A DNA stretch of 27,885 nucleotides from a virus (Duplodnaviria; Caudoviricetes), in IMG/VR virus record IMGVR_UViG_3300019765_000017, positions 1 through 27,885 of that record; one strand, given 5' to 3'. The notes beneath the pieces are model-generated. The model was given only the letters and a program-made list of their open reading frames with translations. It ran no database searches and was not told where the DNA came from. Within the stretch, counting starts at the first letter, position 1, and every line of letters begins with the position of its first letter. Shown here piece after piece: positions 21,401-27,885 of the stretch. Made by a program: the position numbers and the translations under genes.

Positions 21401-24400
21401 TGAATATTCTTCTGTTGTTGGATTGGGATCGACTCAACCTCAAACAATTGTTGGTTTGACAACAACAAATCAATATTATGTTTTAAAAGTTAATAATGAT
21501 TCGTTTAGGTTATGTGATGCTGGGATTGGTGGGACAATTTCTTCCAATTTTAATGAAAAAAATATTGTAAAATTTTCAACACAAGGAACTGGATATCAAC
21601 AATTTAAATACCCAGATATACAAGTTTCTATAGAATTCAGTTCAGTTGGAGTTGGAACAACAACACAAACGCAAAATATAATTGCAACACCAGTAGTTAA
21701 GGGATCAATAGTAGATCTTCAACTATATGAAGCTGGATCTGGATATGGATCATCAGTATTGAATGTAGAAAGAAAACCCAATTTTACTATAAAAACTGGA
21801 AAAGAAGGACAAGTTGAGCCAATTATTGTTAATGGACAAGTTTCTGACGTAAATTTACAATTTGGTGGATTTGAGTATTTTTCAAATCCAGAATTAAAAG
21901 TCGTTGATCCTACTGGATCTGGTACAGGAGCAAAGTTAAGATCTATTATTTCCAATGGAAAAATCGTTGATGTAAAGATTATTCAACCTGGAATAGGATA
22001 TTCGACTTCAAGTAGGATTGATGTAGTTCCTAGTGGATCTGGGGCAATATTTGATTCTAGTATCAGATCATTGACTGTTAATGAAGTTGAAAAAATTTCA
22101 CCAAAACAATATGAAATCTTTAGAGATAATGATAATCAATTGCAATATTTTGTTTCGGGATACTATGAAGATTTAAGAAATTCTTTCCAAGAAAATGAAA
22201 GTGTTTTGTCGAAAATAATTGGATGGGCATATGATGGAAATCCAATTTATGGATCTTATGGGTTGATTGATCCTAATGATGTAAATTCTGGAATTAAAAC
22301 TTTAACATCTGGATATACAAAGAATTCCTCTAATGTTGAAGATAGACCTTCCATATCAGATTTTCCTCTTGGATTTTTTGTGGAAGATTACAAATATAAT
22401 GGTAATGGAGATCTTGACAAGAATAATGGAAGATTTTCCAAAACACCAGATTTTCCAAATGGAGTATATGCATATTATGCAACTATAGATTCTGCAACAG
22501 GATCTCCAACTTTCCCGTATTTTATTGGAGATTCTTTTAGGTCAAATACACTAGAAGAAAATCAAACGTTAAATCAAGAGTTTGATTTTAATAACTCAGA
22601 TCTTATTAGAAATACTTTTCCATATAAGATTTCAGAATCTTTTGCAGATAATGATTTTATTATTGAAACTAATGAAATCAAAAGACAGAAAATATCTATA
22701 GAATCCGTATCTGAAGGTCCAATTAATGGATTTGATATAATCAATTCTGGGGATAATTATAAAGTTGGAGACAAATTAACATTTGATAATTCAGACACAA
22801 ATGGTGGAGGTATTGATGCTAAAGTATCTGCAATTAAGGGTAGAGATATCAATGAAATAAACACGACTTTAGAAACATTCAATAATGCAATTTTTACATG
22901 GAATGAAAATAAAGTAAAAGTTACTATTCTTCCATATCACACATTATCAAATAATGATTATGTTACAATATCTGGATTTAGCACATCCAATTTATCAAAG
23001 TTAAACAATACATTTAAGATAACATCTAATAATAATTTAAGTGTAGGATTAACCACTGCTATTGCTGCCTCTGGTGCAGCATCGACGGAGATATATGTAT
23101 CAAATATTCCTACAGGAGTTTCTGCTGGTAGTACTCTTGGAATAGGTACTGAGACATTACAAGTATTAAATGTATTTAAAAACAAGAATATTTTAAGAGT
23201 TCAGAGAGGTCTTCCAGGTATTTCCCATGAATCTGGATCTTTAGTATTACTTAAAAATAATTCATTTACTATAGATGCAAAACTAGATTATTTTAAATCC
23301 GAAGTAAATAAAAAAGTATACTTCAATCCTAGAAAATCCGTTGGAGTAGGAACAATATCTGGAATTGGTAGTGATGTTTCTTTTAATTTTGGAAATCAGT
23401 TAATTTTCAGGAGTATTCCAACACAAAGAATTTACATTGAAGATCATCCATTCTCAACAAATCAGTTAGTTACATTCAATACCAATGGAAATAGCACCAT
23501 TTCCATTTCTACCTCACCTTCAGGAACTCCATTCAATATACCTTCCACATTGTATGTTGTCAATAAATCTCCCAACACAATTGGAGTAAAAACTTCACTT
23601 ACTAGCAATGAAGTTTTCTTTAGAACTAATGGAGATAATTCTGATGATTATTTGTTTGAAACTAATTTCGAACAAAAACTTGCTACCGTTAAAAAAATAA
23701 AATCGACAGTTTCAGTATCTACCTCTCATGGATTGACTGAGGGTGATACTATTACATTGAACGTAAAACCAAATCTTACTGTAGGTATTGGAACTTCATC
23801 GTCAGTAAAAGTTTTAAGAAATTTAAGTTCAAACTACTTAGAAATAAATCCTGTTGGATTTAATTCACTAGGTGTAAGCACTGTCACAAATCAAATCCAA
23901 ATACTCAGTCATGAATTTAAAACTGGAGACAAAGTTAGATATAATGGAAATGAAGTAATTTCTGGTTTATCAACAGACTTCTATTTTGTATATAAAGTGG
24001 ATGATAATAGCATTAGTTTGTGTGAGACTTATAATGGTTCATTGTTAAATCCTCCAACAACTGTTAGTTTTGCATCTACTGGAGGATCTACTCAAACACT
24101 ATCATTGATTAATCCGCAAATCAAATCTGTAAAAAATAATAATTTGACATTTGACTTATCAGATGCTTCTTTATCAGGATATAAGTTTAAAATATATTAT
24201 GACAAAGAATTTTTAAATGAATTTATTTCTACTGGATCTACCAATAATTTTAGTATATCTGGAGTTGGAACTATAGGAGTTTCCGCAAATGCATCATTAA
24301 CTATTAATTATAATTCAAACATTCCAGAAAAATTATATTATTCACTGGAAAAATCTGGATACATAAGTACTTCGGATAGTGATGTGAAGAATTACTCTGA

Positions 24401-27400
24401 AATTCTTTTTGTTAACAGTCAATATAATGCAAATTATACGATTTCTGGAGTTGGTACTACTACTTTTAGCATTAATCTTACAGGTAAACCAGAAAAACTA
24501 TCTTATACAAAATTAGAATGTGATACTTTAGAATATACTACAACATCGACCTCAGCAAAAGGTCCAGTTAGTAAAATAAATTTAATTTCTGGTGGAGAAG
24601 AATATAAAAAAGAACCAAATATTACTGGTTCAAATTCTCAAAACGGTGAAAATTTATATGCCATTCCAAAATCCAAACTAATAGGAAATATAAAAGAAGT
24701 TAGAATAATTAATCAAGGTTTTGAATATTCTTCAGATAAAACATTATCTCCTCAGGCATTTATATCTCCAAAAATTACTCTTAAAGACTCAAATACTGTT
24801 GGAATTATAACAGTAATTGATGGTGGAAAGAATTTTGTGTCTGCACCACAAATTGTGGTTGTAAATAAAGATACAAGAGAAGTTGTTGATAACGGATTGT
24901 TAAAATCAATTTTATCTGGAAGTTCGATTTCAAATGTTCTTATTGATGTTAATCCAAAAGGAATTTCTGATGAATCGGCAGAATTATTTACAGTCAATAA
25001 TACAAATGGCATTAGCATCATTCAAGTTAAATCTTCAGCAACTGGAATATTTACATGCGTATTAACAACTCCAACTTCCGGATTCCCCATTGATCCATTT
25101 GTTGTTGGAGAAGAAGTTTTTATTGAAGGAATACAAAAATATAGTTCTACTGGAGATGGATTTAATTCCGCTGATTATGGGTATAAGTTTTTTACAGTAT
25201 CAAATTATGAGAATAAATTTACTCCAGGTCTTCTTAATGATCAAGTAACAATAAATGTCTCTGGTTTTACAACAAATACTGGAATTGCAAAAACAATTCA
25301 AGATTCCTCTGGCACTATTATCAGTAGAGATGATTACCCAGTCTTCGAACTAACAATTAAACCATCAGAATTTGAAATTGGAGAAAAATTAATTTCAAAT
25401 AATGTTGAAAGAGATTTGGAAGTTGTAAAATATGACGATTCTGTTTCCATTAAGGTTTTCGGATCATATGATTTATCAAAAGGAGAAGTCATTACAGGAA
25501 AATCTTCAGGAAACGTAGCAACCATAGAAGATTTGGTCCCGTATGATGGTAAATTTGATGTTAGTTTTTCTACAAGAAAAAATGAAGGATGGAATAATGA
25601 AACTGGAAAGTTGAATACTGATTATCAAGTAATTCCAGATAACAATTATTATCAAAATCTTTCATATTCAATTAAAAATTCCCAACAGTGGAAAGATATT
25701 AGAACACCGGTTAACAGTTTAGTTCACCCCGTTGGATTGAAGAATTTCTCTGATACTCAGATTACTTCAGATTCTGATGAAAGAGTTGGTTTTACAGAGA
25801 GTTTTAATGAAACTACCATAATTAAAGATATATTTGATGAAAAACGTGTAGATACCATTTATAATTTCGATTTTGTAAAGGACATAGATGTAATTGGAAG
25901 TAAATCTAAGTTTTTGAAATTAAAAAATAAAAAACTTACCAATTATGTTGAAGTTGGATCAAATCTTGTATTAAAAATTGATGATATTAGTAATGAATTT
26001 TCTAGTTCCGAATCGGAACAGAATACTTACACAGATATATTTGAAATTGATCCATCCGAATCTTATTCAAGTTATCTTTTTAAAGTATCAGATATCAACA
26101 ATACAAAAATACAATTAACAAATTTAACTATAATAAATGATGAAATTAGTGAAAACTCTTTTATTTTAGAGAAACAATCATTAGTTAATGTTGGATCTGG
26201 ATTGACTCACAATGATGATGAAGAATATGGAGATTTTTCAATTGAAAGTGATAGTTTTGATACTAACTACTTGAGATTTACCCCAAAAGATCCATTCAAT
26301 ACAGAATATAACTTAAAATACATCAAAAAGAAGTTTATTCCTGGAGTAGGAATAGGAACATCTTCTATAGGATTTATTGATATCACTTCGAACTCTGAGG
26401 AAATTATTACAGGATCAGAGTCTACATTAGTTCAATTTGATACGAATAAAATATCTTCATTGTATGTTACAAATCAAGTAATTCAAGAAACTACTAATAA
26501 AATTAATTTTGTCGAATTATATGTAACTCATGATGGCACAAATACTAATATTGTAGAATATTATTTTGATACTACCCCATTTAATAGATCTAGTGAACCA
26601 ATTGGAATATTTACTTCGTTTATTGACTCTGGAAATATATCAATAAAGTATATAAATGATACTTCTTTTGACACAACAGTTAAATCTAGAGTGGTTGGTT
26701 TTGGTACTACTTCAATTGGAATTGGTACACATAGATTTAAATTAAATGGACAACCATTAGGAAATGAAAGGTCTGCAATTTATCAGTCCAATTTTTCAGG
26801 AACGTCTTCTGGACTATCTACCTCTGTAATATCACTCAATAAAAATATATTTGATGCCGTAAGATCTTTAATTGAAGTCAGTATTGGATCAACTAAATCT
26901 ATTCATCAAGTTCTTTTAGTTCATGATAATTTTAACATTTATTCTCAACAATCAGCATTTCTCTCAGTTGGAAGCACTTCTGGTATAGGTACATTTGGAG
27001 GAGAATATTCTGGATCCAACTTTAATCTAAAGTTTTATCCAGATTCTGGAATAACTGATGATATAAAAATTCTTTCTTTCAATGAATGCCTTTACACTGA
27101 AGTTGACTTTGTAAATGATGCTCCAGATCTTCAGTTTGGAACATCAGTCGAAAGTGTCGAAACATCTCAATATTTTGCATTAAATGGAACTAGAATAAAC
27201 AAAAAGAATTTTGTGTTAAGAAATAATGGAATTCCAATTTTTGCCAAAAAATTTGATCCATCAGATACTAATGTCTTAAATCCATCAACTGGAATTTTTA
27301 CAATAGAAAATCATTTCTTTAGTGAAAATGAAGAATTAATTTATACACCAAAATCAACATTTGTTGGTGTTGGATCCACTCCAATGGTTTATAAAAATGG

Positions 27401-27885
27401 ATCTATTAGTGATATTTTACCATCTTCAATATTTGTTGTAAATAGAACCGACGATACTTTCCAAATATCCACAACAAGAGCAGGATCTGCTGTTACTTTT
27501 ACCTCTCTTGGTGAAGGAAATATGCATCAATTTGAAATGTCTAAAAAGAATGAAAAATCACTTATTACTATAGACAACATTGCACAGTATCCACTGATTT
27601 ATACTAAGATTCAAACATCTTTATCTGGAAATGGTGGAAGTATTAGTACAGATGCTACTATTTTCTCTTTAAGTGGAATTTCAACATTAAATCCCCTTGA
27701 TATCTTAAAGATTGATGATGAATATATGGAGGTAATAAATGTTGGTTTTGGAACAACAAATATTGGACCTATTACAAATACAGGATCAGAAACTTTAGTG
27801 GAAGTTGATAGAGAATTTGTTGGATCTTCTGCAACATCGCACTTGGATGGAAATATTGTTCAAATATATAAAGGATCTTATAACA
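18468..27885 (+). CDS. gp7: giant virion structural protein / baseplate wedge initiator gp7-like (>3139 aa, 3'-truncated)
   Basis: ATG 1 nt after the gp6 stop (MIQTGFESRVKIQDIITNQLPDF..FLKQYY; FYESKGTDESFRILFNVLYG). The frame spot-checked at 22221 (GWAYDGNPIYG) and at the window end is unchanged. It is absent from the ORF track because no stop falls in the window. Confidence 0.8.
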   Translation, partial: MIQTGFESRVKIQDIITNQLPDFILDESPKTVDFLKQYYISQEYQGGPIDIAENLDQYIKLDNLTPEVVVGSTTLVSAIDSNDDIINVSSTKGFPNQYGLLKIDDEIISYTGLTTNTFTGCIRGFSGITSYHSDLNQEELVFTQSVSAGHDANSKIQNLSSLFLKEFYKKLKYTFAPGFEERVFDSNLNVGNFIKEARSFYESKGTDESFRILFNVLYGETPKIINLEEQLIKPSDAEFIRRDIVISEAISGDPLKLVGQTIFKTNDTSTKASISSVEPFTRKGIQYFKISLFVGYEDNTSIEGTFTITPSTKCLETVEVDSSIISVDSTIGFGKSGTIRSGNNLISYTDKSINQFLNCSGVIEQILPTDNIISSTETYFGYEDGDLSKKVELRLTGVLSNFVQKSEFVSVDEGQILTVKHLGDNIKNPEQNKTYKEIFANSWIYNTSSSIQIESISGSTVVLRTTVDRSQLKKGDSIEIIDNSTNQVVYPTLITDIPYVDTEISVNSTTISLSNFNFVSNSEKTYSLRRKLNKSKSTLVPFRYGNNTVISDVQNLYTDGNYAYVASNSLPSYGNGFTNFYNYELTKSLNQANIAPGSGSLIDQDPSTNLYTTISFDNPVPFMTGERIFYEPASSPLVGLETGSYYVEVLSNPKNIKLYTSSSFVGDSDNSLRFSSPISGIGVHKFTLYSQKSQQINSSKILKKFSLSPNIKSGVSEKTIPGSTGMLINGVEIYNYKTYDKIYYGPIESLQVLNGGKGYDVINPPKIEVSSSSGTTALIQPVLSGTITDIFVDSQNFNIDQVLSLNVTGGNVVGGKFEPVLVRRRREVLFDGRPTSNGGGISTTTSQLTFLSDHNLSNGEEIIYRNNGNSNISIGIGLSSLIDNSSYYVKVDNNQTIKLFNNFEDYSSGINTIGFASTSLSGIHKFLVGDIQNTISEIKIIDGGTLINKKLLVKPSGISTANHTIVFNNHGFLNGDIIEYSSVVGLGSTQPQTIVGLTTTNQYYVLKVNNDSFRLCDAGIGGTISSNFNEKNIVKFSTQGTGYQQFKYPDIQVSIEFSSVGVGTTTQTQNIIATPVVKGSIVDLQLYEAGSGYGSSVLNVERKPNFTIKTGKEGQVEPIIVNGQVSDVNLQFGGFEYFSNPELKVVDPTGSGTGAKLRSIISNGKIVDVKIIQPGIGYSTSSRIDVVPSGSGAIFDSSIRSLTVNEVEKISPKQYEIFRDNDNQLQYFVSGYYEDLRNSFQENESVLSKIIGWAYDGNPIYGSYGLIDPNDVNSGIKTLTSGYTKNSSNVEDRPSISDFPLGFFVEDYKYNGNGDLDKNNGRFSKTPDFPNGVYAYYATIDSATGSPTFPYFIGDSFRSNTLEENQTLNQEFDFNNSDLIRNTFPYKISESFADNDFIIETNEIKRQKISIESVSEGPINGFDIINSGDNYKVGDKLTFDNSDTNGGGIDAKVSAIKGRDINEINTTLETFNNAIFTWNENKVKVTILPYHTLSNNDYVTISGFSTSNLSKLNNTFKITSNNNLSVGLTTAIAASGAASTEIYVSNIPTGVSAGSTLGIGTETLQVLNVFKNKNILRVQRGLPGISHESGSLVLLKNNSFTIDAKLDYFKSEVNKKVYFNPRKSVGVGTISGIGSDVSFNFGNQLIFRSIPTQRIYIEDHPFSTNQLVTFNTNGNSTISISTSPSGTPFNIPSTLYVVNKSPNTIGVKTSLTSNEVFFRTNGDNSDDYLFETNFEQKLATVKKIKSTVSVSTSHGLTEGDTITLNVKPNLTVGIGTSSSVKVLRNLSSNYLEINPVGFNSLGVSTVTNQIQILSHEFKTGDKVRYNGNEVISGLSTDFYFVYKVDDNSISLCETYNGSLLNPPTTVSFASTGGSTQTLSLINPQIKSVKNNNLTFDLSDASLSGYKFKIYYDKEFLNEFISTGSTNNFSISGVGTIGVSANASLTINYNSNIPEKLYYSLEKSGYISTSDSDVKNYSEILFVNSQYNANYTISGVGTTTFSINLTGKPEKLSYTKLECDTLEYTTTSTSAKGPVSKINLISGGEEYKKEPNITGSNSQNGENLYAIPKSKLIGNIKEVRIINQGFEYSSDKTLSPQAFISPKITLKDSNTVGIITVIDGGKNFVSAPQIVVVNKDTREVVDNGLLKSILSGSSISNVLIDVNPKGISDESAELFTVNNTNGISIIQVKSSATGIFTCVLTTPTSGFPIDPFVVGEEVFIEGIQKYSSTGDGFNSADYGYKFFTVSNYENKFTPGLLNDQVTINVSGFTTNTGIAKTIQDSSGTIISRDDYPVFELTIKPSEFEIGEKLISNNVERDLEVVKYDDSVSIKVFGSYDLSKGEVITGKSSGNVATIEDLVPYDGKFDVSFSTRKNEGWNNETGKLNTDYQVIPDNNYYQNLSYSIKNSQQWKDIRTPVNSLVHPVGLKNFSDTQITSDSDERVGFTESFNETTIIKDIFDEKRVDTIYNFDFVKDIDVIGSKSKFLKLKNKKLTNYVEVGSNLVLKIDDISNEFSSSESEQNTYTDIFEIDPSESYSSYLFKVSDINNTKIQLTNLTIINDEISENSFILEKQSLVNVGSGLTHNDDEEYGDFSIESDSFDTNYLRFTPKDPFNTEYNLKYIKKKFIPGVGIGTSSIGFIDITSNSEEIITGSESTLVQFDTNKISSLYVTNQVIQETTNKINFVELYVTHDGTNTNIVEYYFDTTPFNRSSEPIGIFTSFIDSGNISIKYINDTSFDTTVKSRVVGFGTTSIGIGTHRFKLNGQPLGNERSAIYQSNFSGTSSGLSTSVISLNKNIFDAVRSLIEVSIGSTKSIHQVLLVHDNFNIYSQQSAFLSVGSTSGIGTFGGEYSGSNFNLKFYPDSGITDDIKILSFNECLYTEVDFVNDAPDLQFGTSVESVETSQYFALNGTRINKKNFVLRNNGIPIFAKKFDPSDTNVLNPSTGIFTIENHFFSENEELIYTPKSTFVGVGSTPMVYKNGSISDILPSSIFVVNRTDDTFQISTTRAGSAVTFTSLGEGNMHQFEMSKKNEKSLITIDNIAQYPLIYTKIQTSLSGNGGSISTDATIFSLSGISTLNPLDILKIDDEYMEVINVGFGTTNIGPITNTGSETLVEVDREFVGSSATSHLDGNIVQIYKGSYN

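Noticed and set aside
21719-25525. Four short minus-strand ORFs in the apparently empty 3' third of the window
   Set aside because: They lie antisense within the giant plus-strand ORF that starts at 18468.

Overview
This window is part of a T4-like (myovirus) cyanophage genome. I infer this from the gp25-gp6-giant gp7-like baseplate operon, (T)ATAAATA late promoters, several 2OG-Fe(II) oxygenases and a GT-A-like protein of a type conserved in cyanophages. Layout: (1) 1-3014, small hypothetical genes plus an HExxH metallopeptidase-like gene. (2) 2953-6463, three 2OG-Fe(II) oxygenases, a gp38-like polyglycine adhesin/fibre protein and two CxxC proteins. (3) 6464-7165, a minus-strand GIY-YIG endonuclease. 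(4) About 7200-7650, a non-coding segment with an 11-bp-phased repeat array, divergent sigma70 promoters and TCTCGACGAGA palindromes (candidate origin/control region). (5) About 7650-13600, a GC-richer early region of short genes. Most follow a modular element: 7-bp half-site, N10, 7-bp half-site, about 29-32 nt (often a GC hairpin), a -10 box, then an SD-less A/C-rich leader. (6) 13800-27885, an AbrB-like gene, a GT-like gene, small basic proteins and late baseplate genes. The last ORF (>3100 codons) runs off the window end. The most striking unexplained structure is regulatory: some palindromes appear to drive divergent non-coding transcription, four antisense promoter-like units repeat at a 70-bp period, and one hairpin carries a 13-nt exact complement of a leader shared by three early genes. 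All protein calls come from motif recognition by eye; no database searches were run.
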